Source: an uncultured virus (IMG/VR IMGVR_UViG_3300034062_004781) | Taxonomy: Duplodnaviria; Heunggongvirae; Uroviricota; Caudoviricetes | DNA: 64,000 nt | Reading direction: 5' to 3' (one strand) | IMG/VR virus record: IMGVR_UViG_3300034062_004781 | In this document: positions 42,201 through 51,139 of the stretch, piece by piece | How the letters are laid out: each line of letters starts with the position of its first letter | How positions within the stretch are numbered: position 1 is the stretch's first letter | Made by a program: the position numbers and the translations under genes | Notes under the pieces: generated by a model | Seen by the model: only the letters and a program-made list of their open reading frames with translations | What the model was told of the DNA's origin: nothing | The model's database searches: none

Positions 42201-43797
42201 AAATCTGGTGATAGACATTCTTCGCCTTCTTCAGCGCAGTGTCATACCAACCAATCGCCGACTTAGATGAATTATCGACGTGATATTTAACTTCCTTCGC
42301 GATGTCATTGGCGATGAGCTTTTTCGCTTCGTCGCTGTAATCGCCGGGCTCAATCTGACCCTTTTGTGCAGCTCTATTCTGCAGAGCATACAGAACGTCA
42401 TCGACTGTTGATTTGCCGTGCGCGCCTGTCGGACGAATGTCGAGCTGTTCTTCGCCTGTCATAAGGGGAACCGTTGTGCGGTCCCCCTTAGATGTCGGCA
42501 GTAACGATTGACGAACCTTGTCGGTTTCGTCGTCCGTTAATCCATATGCTTCTTGAAGGCGCTCTGGTGAGAGCCTGTATCCCTCTCCTGCGACTGCTTT
42601 GGCGAATGGCGCAAGAACGTGATCGACGACCCTTCCGAATAAATCGGGTGATCTGCCGGTGCCTTCTTGAACCCCTTCGCCTCCGCTATGGCCTCCAAAG
42701 AGTCCAGAGAGGTAGTCCTGTGCATCGATAAGCGAGCCTTCCGTGCGGGCATGATATCTTTCCTTCAGTTTATTCGAATCAGCAATGCGCCCGACCTTGT
42801 CGAGGAAGTCAGGATACTCCTCATCGTCGCCGAAGTGAAGAAATTTCGCAGCCTTTCCGTCTTTTGTTACCGTAAAATCTAGCCCCTCTTTGTCGGCTGA
42901 TTTCATAATATTATCAATATCTTCGGACGAAAGCTTGCGTCCATGCCCGACCAGTGCGGCAAGGGTGCCTTCCTGAATATTGGGGTTGTGCGACGTTCTG
43001 ACGGTCTGATCCTGCTGGAAACCAAAGCCCAGCAAGTTGCCGATCTTCTGTGCGTGTTCCGGCTGCATATCGGGATGATCGATATAGAACGACGGCTCCA
43101 GCTCGCCACGGAAAGATCCGACAGTCGGCGTGATTTTTAGCTTCGCAGGATCAAGGCCAACATGGTCGCGGAAGAGATCCTTGAAGCCTTTGCTTTTCAT
43201 GATGGCGGCTGTGCTATCGGTTAGCCGATCCATGCGCGGATTATTGAGAACAGGATGCTGAACAGGCGGCGGCAACTTCATGCCGCCAATATCTGGCGTC
43301 GCATAAGAAAATTCTGTGTGCGACGAAGGCTCTTCGCCACGCTCGCCGACGCCCGTATATTCGGGCTCATCGTATCTGACGCCATGCTCCGGTGTGATGG
43401 CGGGGCCGTAACCTTTGCCGGGGCGCGGCGAAACAATGGTGCCCGGCAGATTTTCACGCGCAAATGTCTCAGCCAGCTTAGAAGACTGCACACGGCCCTC
43501 AAACGGGCTCACAGGCGGCCTCGGGGCGACCGGGCCGGGGATAGCAGCACCTTCTTCAGGAATCGAACGTGCGACGTTTAATGCGCCGCCAATCGGCTCT
43601 TCGGGCATGCCGCCGACAGCCATCACCTGACGACCGACGTTCGGGAGATAATGCGTCGGGTAATCATCCTCGAGGACGTGACCGCCTCGCGCCATCGCCT
43701 TGCCCATCGACATTGGCGAGCTGACCTGAAACGACGACGTCTGATCTTTTAGGTGATCATTGATGATGTCGAGAGCGCGATCAATGATGCTGCCCAT
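39205..43797 (-). CDS. Large multidomain (polyvalent-like) protein, probably packaged and injected
   Basis: 1530 aa after portal; GWY...GPKIGSFINNL...TADLW...QAALW domain and HLRL...HVEELQSDW domain. Confidence 0.65.
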   Translation of the reverse strand: MGSIIDRALDIINDHLKDQTSSFQVSSPMSMGKAMARGGHVLEDDYPTHYLPNVGRQVMAVGGMPEEPIGGALNVARSIPEEGAAIPGPVAPRPPVSPFEGRVQSSKLAETFARENLPGTIVSPRPGKGYGPAITPEHGVRYDEPEYTGVGERGEEPSSHTEFSYATPDIGGMKLPPPVQHPVLNNPRMDRLTDSTAAIMKSKGFKDLFRDHVGLDPAKLKITPTVGSFRGELEPSFYIDHPDMQPEHAQKIGNLLGFGFQQDQTVRTSHNPNIQEGTLAALVGHGRKLSSEDIDNIMKSADKEGLDFTVTKDGKAAKFLHFGDDEEYPDFLDKVGRIADSNKLKERYHARTEGSLIDAQDYLSGLFGGHSGGEGVQEGTGRSPDLFGRVVDHVLAPFAKAVAGEGYRLSPERLQEAYGLTDDETDKVRQSLLPTSKGDRTTVPLMTGEEQLDIRPTGAHGKSTVDDVLYALQNRAAQKGQIEPGDYSDEAKKLIANDIAKEVKYHVDNSSKSAIGWYDTALKKAKNVYHQIFPELKTNKDNELLFDALLGITSQGNDVYNNSVHAARLYDKIRNGASVKDATQSLRGTFGDKTRAIEQNLNKFHHLIETNGYDKMRDMFNQTKTVSEWRKILNSDPNMRGPNGEKLTVKGASDQKITGWSVFGPKIGSFINNLHGDYSTLTADLWFSRTWNRLLGHNFIHAPLNEQKQYQDFRDAFKQEFLHNNGFPFERIPYALEGGQPKYKSGKLVPWEHGRDTKGMTYGEFEDIYNDPDKLKDYAQGIYKKFSTASKGVPAFSEKSDLRRRAKNWMENRELSQAAPRGDSERSFQQNTVEEAQKLLKKKYGLNISVADIQAALWFHEKEMFGKFGVASERAKPADYEDAAAKTMELINKGELYRVKSKEKTGKAFGGAITPIELGGRDLDDEARRLILWSYAAAPIVRPLSRAEGGSVDDPVDKALNIVGAGSTPASAVETARNLTPMGFYSAAAEAASKIPQRAPIDQILNKLKGSPNVKAEELDLSGARDAFAGQKSVDPKEVASHLQAKLPQIKETVYGGKPPVNHQAQWDEDEEGRENYIVGPSYLGDFHRIYEDARRQGQTTYELYEPTGRHMGDYNSMEEAEEAANRSISNMPETRYDEYKIPGGSNYREVVMHLPENKPTIKYRVHFPNGRSVMVDSEERARGVANVFEGSTIEERPQTSNLDYKSSHWDEMNPVAHLRLADRDNGKTLHVEELQSDWGQAAQQARKKEIKRIAKEQGIKKEEAAKAVPQDFAFSSGKLPVGPHVTDTKSWVDLGIKRALMEAAKGGYDRVVFTPGEEQANRYSLSKHIKGVSYDPEEKTLSIMHHNSNRGYRDIPGDIEPEDLEEHIGKEAAEKLLATEPHPLSGNHILEGQDLEVGGEGMKKFYDSLLPNQIRNLVGKYDKEAKLSLFGHEINTGKHTGFVSGDKVMEDLPETKHMRPDDKADWWRNLTQDKRDQLISDFRKGRTFKVHSLEITPKLRAAILKGLPAFEHGGAVVDRAFDVLSKLPR

Positions 43798-46193
43798 TAT
43801 TCAGTCTCCTGCTGGCCCGCGCCCTGCTGCAATGTTCTTGCAAGCTCTAATGCCTGCTGGCTTTGACGATCCGCATCACGATGCGACGAATCTATCTCGC
43901 GATCCATGCGGCGATGATGCGCATCCATCATGCGATCCGCTTCTCGATGCTCTGAATCTTCGCGCAGCTTGTGCACGTCGATACCCATTTTCATGGCCTT
44001 GAGCTCGACGTCCTGACGGCGCGTCTCCGCATCCATCATCTTCGCTTCTGCATCTACGCTGCGATAGTCTTCGCCGCCATCGCCGCCCATCTTCGCCTGC
44101 GCTTCAGCCATCTTTGCCTCTGCAAGAAGACGGCGCGTCTGCGCGTCCATCATCTTCGTCTGGCCTTCGACCTGCGCTTCCTGCACGGAAGCATTGGCGA
44201 CCAAGCTCTTCGCGTCGGCTTCCTGCTTGAGGATATTAATTTCCTCAATGACCTTCTGCATTTCAGGCGGCACTTGATTGCGCTTCTCAGGCGGCACAAT
44301 GAACTGCTCAGGATTGCTCCAGCCCATCGCCTTCATGCAAACGAGATCGATCTTCTCGCCATCAAACATGCTGGGATTAGAAGCCTGCAATTGCTTCAAG
44401 CCCATCACCTTCATCAGGCGTTGCGTCTGCGATGCGGTGTTCGGGTCAGCCTGCGGGACGATGTCGTAATCGTCAAGCGCCTCAATAAACTTCTGCTCAT
44501 CCCAACGGCGCGTCGGCTTGCTGTTCTTGCCCCAGAAGCTTTCAGGATGCTCGCGGAAGCAACGCACCAGAAGCTGGAACTCCTGCGCCTGCGCAACATG
44601 CATGCGCTTGTGCACGGCGTTCAGGATCTTCGTCGCCTGATCGATCAACGCGAGCGTTGTGCCGACAGGCGCATCTGCGCGGCCTTCACCAACCTGCAGC
44701 TCGCTTGTCGTGCCGACGCGCTGCCCTGTCTCAACCATGTTCTGCACAAGGTTCATCAGCGCCATGCCGGGCTCTTTGTAGGGCAACGGCATGACAGCCT
44801 GATTGATCGGCATGCCGCCAGTCTTTACGAGCGCACCACCACCGGGCGGCACACGGAATATATTTGTGTTCTGCCTCGCACCTGTGTCCGCCATGAGGAA
44901 GCCGGGGAAGTTCGCATACATGCCGGCGTCCAGCATTTCGCGCCACGCGGCAGTAACCGCATTTGTGGTATTACCCAGAATATGAAGTAGACCGATATCG
45001 TAAAAACCCATACCGGGAACAAACTGATATTTGACAAAATTGACGCGAGCCTCTGGCAGCTCGTCGCCCTCTTCACCTGTGGGCTCATCGTAGTTCCTCA
45101 CGATTGAGAGGATTTCCCTTGAGCTTTTGTCGATTGTTACACGATACGGGATCTCGAGCCCCGTTATCTTACCTTTGTATTTATGTTCGAAGCCGCGAAT
45201 GTCTAACTCGCAATAAACCTCATAGATCTCGCGATCACGGTCATCAGGATTGCGCGCCTCGACAGCAATGCCTTGCTGATCTGCCTTCTCGCGCTTTACG
45301 GCGTCGGCTTCTTCGAAGCTCGGCGTTCCGAGATCAACGTCGCGATAAACGCCAAGGATCTGAAGTCGCTTGACGGTAGATGGCTTGAGGCTGACGCGAT
45401 GCGTAATGCGTTTAGCCGTGCTGAGATCGGTTGCCGCGTTATTGACGATGAGATCATCAGCGTCAACAGATTCGGAAACCGGGCGTCCTCTAAGCGGACA
45501 GAAATAGACTTTCTTGAAAGCCGTTCCGCCAAAGCCCAGCATGAGAAGCATTCGATCCGTGTCAGGGTAATACTCCTTCGCGACAGCCGTCAGATAATGA
45601 TTGAGATCTGACTCGAGCGCATTGGCGCGCTCGTCTTCTTCAATCGTCGTGCCATCAGCTTCGCTGCGCACCTTCACAGGACCATCGGTCGGCAACAGCT
45701 CGCTGCGCGCATTAGCCTGAAAGCGCAACACCGCTTCAAGAAGAAGCGGATGACGCACCTTCGACATGCCTTCGACCGGAGCGCCATCAGACGCGCCCTG
45801 CAGGCCGGGGATCTCGATCTTCAAGCCAAGCAGCTTGATGCCCTGCGCACGATCCTCGATCCAATCCTGACGGCTTGTCAGATCGTCTTCGATGCCACGC
45901 AGCAAGTCATCGGCAATCATGCCAAGATCGCTGCCGTCGATGTCTTCGACAAGATTGTCGAACCAGCCCGGCGGGTTCTCGCCTTCGGCGCGCTCCACAG
46001 GGTTGCCGTCGAGCGAAACGCTCACCGAGCCATCATCGTGCTCGATGCGCAGAATATTGCCCTTGTCGTCGGTCTCTGGTTTGTCGTGACCTTGCTCGAT
46101 CTCGACAAGGATGTCTTCAAGGCCGCCAAGGCCGCCGGTCGGCACCCCTTCTTGCTGGCGGAGTGAAGGTGTGAGCCCGGGCGTCAATGGCAT
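43797..46193 (-). CDS. Portal protein
   Basis: HPLLLEAVLRFQA...GTAFKKVY...PGMGFYDIGL...APVGTTLAL; follows terL. Confidence 0.88.
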   Translation of the reverse strand: MPLTPGLTPSLRQQEGVPTGGLGGLEDILVEIEQGHDKPETDDKGNILRIEHDDGSVSVSLDGNPVERAEGENPPGWFDNLVEDIDGSDLGMIADDLLRGIEDDLTSRQDWIEDRAQGIKLLGLKIEIPGLQGASDGAPVEGMSKVRHPLLLEAVLRFQANARSELLPTDGPVKVRSEADGTTIEEDERANALESDLNHYLTAVAKEYYPDTDRMLLMLGFGGTAFKKVYFCPLRGRPVSESVDADDLIVNNAATDLSTAKRITHRVSLKPSTVKRLQILGVYRDVDLGTPSFEEADAVKREKADQQGIAVEARNPDDRDREIYEVYCELDIRGFEHKYKGKITGLEIPYRVTIDKSSREILSIVRNYDEPTGEEGDELPEARVNFVKYQFVPGMGFYDIGLLHILGNTTNAVTAAWREMLDAGMYANFPGFLMADTGARQNTNIFRVPPGGGALVKTGGMPINQAVMPLPYKEPGMALMNLVQNMVETGQRVGTTSELQVGEGRADAPVGTTLALIDQATKILNAVHKRMHVAQAQEFQLLVRCFREHPESFWGKNSKPTRRWDEQKFIEALDDYDIVPQADPNTASQTQRLMKVMGLKQLQASNPSMFDGEKIDLVCMKAMGWSNPEQFIVPPEKRNQVPPEMQKVIEEINILKQEADAKSLVANASVQEAQVEGQTKMMDAQTRRLLAEAKMAEAQAKMGGDGGEDYRSVDAEAKMMDAETRRQDVELKAMKMGIDVHKLREDSEHREADRMMDAHHRRMDREIDSSHRDADRQSQQALELARTLQQGAGQQETE

Positions 46194-46195
46194 GA

Positions 46196-46414
46196 TCAGT
46201 CTTCCTTGTCCTCATCGATGAGGCGTGAAATTTCGTCGACGAAACGCTCGAGGCCTTCGCGCGCAGCCATATTATCATCTTTGGCTTGGATCTCATAGAC
46301 GCGCACATAATCGTGGGGCTCCTTGCCCCAGACGGTGACGCTGAATTTTCCAAGGCCCTGACCGTGGGCCGGCGGCTCGTCGATCACGTCGACGACAGCA
46401 TTTGCATAGATCAT
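46196..46414 (-). CDS. Hypothetical protein
   Basis: 72-aa ORF between terL and portal. Confidence 0.6.
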   Translation of the reverse strand: MIYANAVVDVIDEPPAHGQGLGKFSVTVWGKEPHDYVRVYEIQAKDDNMAAREGLERFVDEISRLIDEDKED

Positions 46415-46425
46415 CTTGATTCCAA

Positions 46426-48078
46426 TTAAACGGGATAGAGCGGCTGCGGGCCAGCGCCTTCATGCATTCTACTCTCGTCGAGACTGGACGTCCATTCTGC
46501 GCCGCGCACAAGGATGCCGATCTCGCGAAGATGCTTCAGCGCCATTGATGTCGTATCGACAAGGTCGTCATGCTTGCCGCGCGGGAACTGCGCCGCTTGG
46601 TTGATGACCATCTCGGCCCAAGGTCGATTGGCAGGCGCGTAGATCAGCCCCTCGGCGAATAGATGCTGGATCGAGTAGAGACGGGCAAGCTTGTCGAGCC
46701 CCTTCGGGTCAATCAGCTGGACGGCGAATTCATCGTATCCGTAGACGCGACGGATTTCCTGCGCCACGCTGTAGCCGCTGGCTTTGTTCTCGATGAGCAA
46801 TTTCTCGACGCCATAATTGTCCATCGTCTCCTGCACCTTATCGATCAGCTCGTGCAGCTCGAGGCGCTCAGCCCATGCATACATGAGCATGCAGCGCGGG
46901 TGTTCTTCCTTATATTGGCGATTGAGGATCGCCATCTGGCCGTCTTTGTCGAGCGCCCGGGTGACGACGGCTGTCTGGTCGCCGCCCTTCCAGACGCCCC
47001 AGACGGTCATGGCGCTCGGATCGTTCTCGGCCTTGGTTGTATAGGCAGTGTCGATTGAGGCTATGACGTAGTCAAAGGGCGGGTATGACGGCTGATCCCA
47101 GCGGATCCACCAGTCGCGCTTGATGACGCCGCCGCCGCGCGGCTCGGGGCTTTGCTGGAACTGCCCGGCTGTGGCGTAGGGGCCCAGAGAGTTTTCATCC
47201 CTATCGACCACAATCTCGGGAAAACGAGCCGGAAAAAGAAGCTGCCCCTCTTCGGTTCTGGGGTCTTCAGTTCCGAGCAATGTCTCATGTGCTCGCCCCG
47301 GGTCGTAGCGCATCGGAAGCATAATATGGTCATAACCGAGATCCTTGCTCAGGATGACGCCCGACACGTCCTCTTCGTGCAGGCGCTGCATGATGACGAT
47401 GATGGCTGATTCGAGCGGCTTGTTCAGACGGGTTGGGACGGCCTCGAGAAACCACTCGATGGTGCTCGCGCGCTGCTGATCAGAGTTCGCACCTTCAACG
47501 CTGTGCGGGTCGTCGATGATGACGCGGTCGCCGCGCGCGCCGGTAATGGAGCCGGCGGCCACAGCCTGCCGGAAGCCGGTCGAGGTCAGTTCGAACTTGG
47601 TTTTCTGATTTTGATCTTTGGTGATCTGGACGCGGTCGCCCCAGCGCTCCTGATACCATTCTGATTCGATCAGGCGTCGCATCTTGGTCGAATCACGGAT
47701 GGCAAGATCCATCGAGTGTGACGCGCAGAGATAGCGCAGGTGCGGCATGTTCTTCGGCCCCCATTCCCATGAAGGCCAAAAGACGTTTGTGAGGAGCGAC
47801 TTCATCATGCCCGGCGGCACGTTGATCAGCAGACGATTGTATTTCGTTCCGTCGTCGAACTCGACGCCATATGTGATGGCCTCGAGATGCTCGCAGATGA
47901 TGTCAACGTGCCAATTGTGAATGTAGTCTGCACCGGGCTCGACGATGTGCCACGCCTGACGAATAAACTCTGCAAGACTTTCTTCGCACTCGTCGCGGCT
48001 GATATCAATTAGCGTTTTACGAGCGTCGATCTTTTTGCCGAATAATTCGACGATCAATGCGGCGTCCCTTCGATCCAC
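46426..48078 (-). CDS. terL: Terminase large subunit
   Basis: INVPPGMMKS, VIIDDPH, IMQRLH, DTAY, IENKASG, HDDLVD. Confidence 0.95.
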   Translation of the reverse strand: MDRRDAALIVELFGKKIDARKTLIDISRDECEESLAEFIRQAWHIVEPGADYIHNWHVDIICEHLEAITYGVEFDDGTKYNRLLINVPPGMMKSLLTNVFWPSWEWGPKNMPHLRYLCASHSMDLAIRDSTKMRRLIESEWYQERWGDRVQITKDQNQKTKFELTSTGFRQAVAAGSITGARGDRVIIDDPHSVEGANSDQQRASTIEWFLEAVPTRLNKPLESAIIVIMQRLHEEDVSGVILSKDLGYDHIMLPMRYDPGRAHETLLGTEDPRTEEGQLLFPARFPEIVVDRDENSLGPYATAGQFQQSPEPRGGGVIKRDWWIRWDQPSYPPFDYVIASIDTAYTTKAENDPSAMTVWGVWKGGDQTAVVTRALDKDGQMAILNRQYKEEHPRCMLMYAWAERLELHELIDKVQETMDNYGVEKLLIENKASGYSVAQEIRRVYGYDEFAVQLIDPKGLDKLARLYSIQHLFAEGLIYAPANRPWAEMVINQAAQFPRGKHDDLVDTTSMALKHLREIGILVRGAEWTSSLDESRMHEGAGPQPLYPV

Positions 48079-48323
48079 GCAGTCATATTATTTTTCTTCG
48101 CGAGCATCACCGACCTATTTATCGCCTCGGTGAACATTTCAAATTCTTCTTTGACGTCTTTCTCTTGCGTAACCATCGAGCACAACATACACGAAGCGGC
48201 TGAGGCCAAGATCTGCAAAGCGAAGTGCGCGTCATCTTGCTTTTGCAAAACCGCCATCACATCCTTTACGCCCTCAACCAGCTCCCGCAGCTCCTCACTG
48301 ATCTCGCCTTCATTGTCGTTCAT
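48054..48323 (-). CDS. Hypothetical protein
   Basis: 89-aa ORF coupled between terS and terL. Confidence 0.6.
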   Translation of the reverse strand: MNDNEGEISEELRELVEGVKDVMAVLQKQDDAHFALQILASAASCMLCSMVTQEKDVKEEFEMFTEAINRSVMLAKKNNMTAWIEGTPH

Positions 48324-48778
48324 TTATCGTCCGCCACAGCCATGAGCGCCGCTTTCAGCGCTTCACGCTGTTCTGCGTCGAGAGCCTTCGTATCAATCCG
48401 GGCGACGGTCTCGGTCTTGATCGCGCCACCGTCAGCGCCGGTGACTTCTGTCACCTTGCGCTCGGTGTAGTCTTCGCGGAATCGCGCCTGCATAGACGTG
48501 CGCCAGACGACCGCGTTGAACTTGTCCATGAACATGCCGCGACGCCCTGCGTTCTCCCACCACTGCTGCTCGAGCATCTTCGCGCGCGTAAGGGCTGTCG
48601 AAAATTCTTCATGAGAGGCGGCCCAATCATAGAGCGTCGGCCTATCCACATCGCATGCGAGCGCCCAATCGACCGGCCCAGCGCCTTCTACAGCCAGCTC
48701 GACGATCTTCTCGCAGAACTCCGGCTTATACTTGCTCGGGCGGCCCACAGGGCGCTTTTTGGGGGCTTCTTCGGCCAT
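48320..48778 (-). CDS. terS: Terminase small subunit
   Basis: GRPSKYKPEFCE...TLYDW...EFSTA...EVTGADGGAI. Confidence 0.85.
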   Translation of the reverse strand: MAEEAPKKRPVGRPSKYKPEFCEKIVELAVEGAGPVDWALACDVDRPTLYDWAASHEEFSTALTRAKMLEQQWWENAGRRGMFMDKFNAVVWRTSMQARFREDYTERKVTEVTGADGGAIKTETVARIDTKALDAEQREALKAALMAVADDK

Positions 48779-49020
48779 CAGAAATCATCCTCGCTGATCA
48801 ACTTGCGCATCTCTTTTATCCTGTTGCGCAGTTCATCTGACTGTCGTCGCAGATCGTTTGCAACATCCTCGAGGATATTGAGCTGTGTTTTTACATATTC
48901 AACGGGCATTATCTTCTGCAGATTTATATGCCTGTTGGCTTCTTGATCATCCTCGATGTAAACGTCTTGGCCTTCCAGCCAAGCCTTTTCATTTTTCCCG
49001 AGCGGTCTATCGAACGTCAT
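48778..49020 (-). CDS. Hypothetical protein
   Basis: 80-aa ORF with coiled coil. Confidence 0.55.
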   Translation of the reverse strand: MTFDRPLGKNEKAWLEGQDVYIEDDQEANRHINLQKIMPVEYVKTQLNILEDVANDLRRQSDELRNRIKEMRKLISEDDF

Positions 49021-49021
49021 C

Positions 49022-49162
49022 TCAATTACAATTCTCTGGCTGGGTTACGGTGCAGTGAAAGATATACTTAGCGGGGGTGCATCCTGCTAGGGCTGCGACG
49101 CCCAAAAGTAGAAAGCTGTAGGTTGCTGCCACGATCAGCGCCCGCAAAGTAATTTCTTTCAT
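49022..49162 (-). CDS. Small lipoprotein (46 aa, not in ORF track)
   Basis: MKEITLRALIVAATYSFLLLGVAALAGCTPAKYIFHCTVTQPENCN; LAGC lipobox; RBS GGGAGG. Confidence 0.6.
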   Translation of the reverse strand: MKEITLRALIVAATYSFLLLGVAALAGCTPAKYIFHCTVTQPENCN

Positions 49163-49220
49163 AACTCACCCTCCCGTTAGTTAGCCGGGACATGATAACA
49201 CATCCCGGCCTTTTTGTTAC

Positions 49221-49529
49221 TTATTCAAAATCGCTGTCGTCATCTTCGTCGACAGAAGACGCTGCTCGATCCATCGCTGCTTTTCCCAAGGGGGTGTCTG
49301 CCAGCATCCCCAGAGCATCCATGTAAACTGAAAGTAGAGCCTGCTCCTCTGCTCTCTTTGAAGCATCCTTCTTGCGAAGAGCCAGAACCTTTTTAATGAT
49401 TTTAGGATCGAAGCCATTGGCCTTCGCCTCGGAGAATACGGACTTAACGTCATCGGCGAGCGCCGTGCGTTCCTCTTCTAACTTTTCGATTCGCTCAACA
49501 AGAGCCTTGAGCTGGTTGTTTGACGACAT
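49221..49529 (-). CDS. gapR: GapR/DUF2312 nucleoid-associated protein
   Basis: QLKALVERIEKLEEE...EAKANGFDPKIIKKVLALRK...YMDALGM. Confidence 0.88.
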   Translation of the reverse strand: MSSNNQLKALVERIEKLEEERTALADDVKSVFSEAKANGFDPKIIKKVLALRKKDASKRAEEQALLSVYMDALGMLADTPLGKAAMDRAASSVDEDDDSDFE

Positions 49530-49704
49530 TGTCTAATCCTTCTTCCAGTTGTCTACATATGTGCTCTGCAGCCGAACGACAATAATCGCACGGCTCTTGG
49601 CATGTTTCTGTTGATATTTGAGGGACCATTTGCCCGGATATATCAATAGAGACATTGAAGCCGCAGATCGCGGCTGAAATTATTTTCAATTTTTTTTCGT
49701 CCAT
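49495..49704 (-). CDS. Small Cys-containing hypothetical protein
   Basis: CQEPCDYC. Confidence 0.5.
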   Translation of the reverse strand: MDEKKLKIISAAICGFNVSIDISGQMVPQISTETCQEPCDYCRSAAEHICRQLEEGLDNVVKQPAQGSC

Positions 49705-49717
49705 GTCAATTTTCCGC

Positions 49718-49746
49718 TTGTAGAGTGAAGAAACTTCATATATGGT
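49718..49746 (+). promoter_or_regulatory. Early promoter 1 with palindromic operator
   Basis: TTGTAG-N17-TATGGT; spacer contains GTGAAG-AAA-CTTCA. Confidence 0.65.
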
Positions 49747-49781
49747 GATTCTATTGATTGAGATTGAACTGGAGACTGACC

Positions 49782-50084
49782 ATGAACAACACCGCTGCTC
49801 TCGCCGACGCCTACGCCGCTCTCAAGCACGAGGAAGCCTCCATAAAGGCTCGCCTCGAAACGCTCAAGGGCGAAATCGTCTCCTACGGCGAGAAGGAGCT
49901 GGTCGGCGACACCTGCATCGTGGCGCTGGTCGAGAAGAAGGGCGCTTCGACGCTCGACAAGGATGCCGCGCTGAATCTGCTGCGTTCGCTCGGTGCCTCT
50001 GACGAGCAGATCGCCAGCCTGACGAAGATCGGCAAGCCGTCGACGTCACTGCTGATCAAGCCGAAGCTGTCGCTGGCTATATAA
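49782..50084 (+). CDS. Early hypothetical protein
   Basis: MNNTAALADAYAALK...; RBS GGAG. Confidence 0.75.
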   Translation: MNNTAALADAYAALKHEEASIKARLETLKGEIVSYGEKELVGDTCIVALVEKKGASTLDKDAALNLLRSLGASDEQIASLTKIGKPSTSLLIKPKLSLAI

Positions 50085-50138
50085 GGTCGAAACGGGGCTC
50101 CGGCCCCGTCTGTCCGTCAAGCGGGCACTGATGAGACC
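50085..50138 (+). ncRNA. Type II hammerhead ribozyme 1
   Basis: GGTC-GAAAC-GGGGC-TCCG-GCCCC-GTC^-TGTCCG-TCAAG-CGGGCA-CTGATGA-GACC: full core and three stems. Confidence 0.92.
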
Positions 50139-50151
50139 GATGGAGATTGAT

Positions 50152-50304
50152 ATGATCAAGGTGCGCAAAAACTCGAAGATCAAAGTGTGGAACATCTATG
50201 CGTTCGATGGCGAGAACCTCGGCACCTATTCGTTCCATACGCAGGAGGTGAAAGCTTATTTTCCCGGCTGCACGATCAAGGGCAACAACGTCTACCTTTT
50301 GTAA
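50152..50304 (+). CDS. 50-aa early protein flanked by two hammerheads (not in ORF track)
   Basis: MIKVRKNSKIKVWNIYAFDGENLGTYSFHTQEVKAYFPGCTIKGNNVYLL; GGAGATTGATATG start. Confidence 0.75.
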   Translation: MIKVRKNSKIKVWNIYAFDGENLGTYSFHTQEVKAYFPGCTIKGNNVYLL

Positions 50305-50356
50305 GGTCGAAACGCTCTTCGGAGCGTCTGACGGTCAGGCCGTCACTGATGAGACC
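50305..50356 (+). ncRNA. Type II hammerhead ribozyme 2
   Basis: GGTC-GAAAC-GCTC-TTCG-GAGC-GTC^-TGACGG-TCAGG-CCGTCA-CTGATGA-GACC; compensatory changes relative to copy 1. Confidence 0.92.
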
Positions 50357-50369
50357 AAGGAGAATTGAC

Positions 50370-50600
50370 ATGCGTTCTATTGCTGTTATCGCTCGCGAGA
50401 TCCGCGCTGATTGGAAGAAGCCTTACTTTGGCGCTGTGCCGTATCTCGATGCAATGTGCGAGCTTAATTCAATCAACGACAACTATTACTATGATAGCGG
50501 CGAATCAGTCGTTCGTTATTTTCTTGCCAACGCCAATACATGGCGCGGCGAGAAGGCTCGCGCTGTTAAAGCTGAACTCAAAAAGATTTTGGGAGAGTGA
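50370..50600 (+). CDS. Conserved phage early protein
   Basis: MRSIAVIAREIRADWKKPYFGAVPYLDAM...YFLANANTWRGE. Confidence 0.8.
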   Translation: MRSIAVIAREIRADWKKPYFGAVPYLDAMCELNSINDNYYYDSGESVVRYFLANANTWRGEKARAVKAELKKILGE

Positions 50601-50601
50601 T

Positions 50602-50889
50602 ATGAGCGAAGATAAAAAATATACAGCATTCGTTCGCGCAGGCGGAACTTGCTCTTGGTATTGTGCCGAAGGAAAAACAGAGGCAGCGACGAAAGCCGTT
50701 CAACAATACAAGCGCGACTTTAAACACGTCTTCAAGATCAAGAAAGGCGTCGAATACAAGGTCGTCGTGTTTGACACGACAGGCATTGAAGAATGGGTCA
50801 CAGATGACGATGGCTTTCTTCATCCATTTTACAATGGCGTCGCAAGCGATCCGATCAAAGATTATGAGATTGTAAAAGTATATGCTTAA
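50602..50889 (+). CDS. Early hypothetical protein
   Basis: Start MSEDKK after GGAGAGTGATATG. Confidence 0.7.
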   Translation: MSEDKKYTAFVRAGGTCSWYCAEGKTEAATKAVQQYKRDFKHVFKIKKGVEYKVVVFDTTGIEEWVTDDDGFLHPFYNGVASDPIKDYEIVKVYA

Positions 50890-50928
50890 ACGATGGGGCT
50901 ACGGCCCCATCTAACACCGGAGATTGAT

Positions 50929-51138
50929 ATGCTCGAGATCATCAAGCCAATACCTGATAGCCCTCTGCATAATGAGAGCGATGCGTCTCTAAAAACGCTG
51001 ATCAATTATTTTAGAGACGACATGCAGATCAGGCCGAACGCTGTCATCATCGAGCATCATGCAAACAAGATCGATGAAATATACAAAGTGCTCGGATATC
51101 GCTGCGCACTTGAATACATCAAACAGTATGGAGATTGA
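50929..51138 (+). CDS. Early hypothetical protein
   Basis: GGAGATTGATATG start, MLEIIK. Confidence 0.65.
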   Translation: MLEIIKPIPDSPLHNESDASLKTLINYFRDDMQIRPNAVIIEHHANKIDEIYKVLGYRCALEYIKQYGD

Positions 51139-51139
51139 T

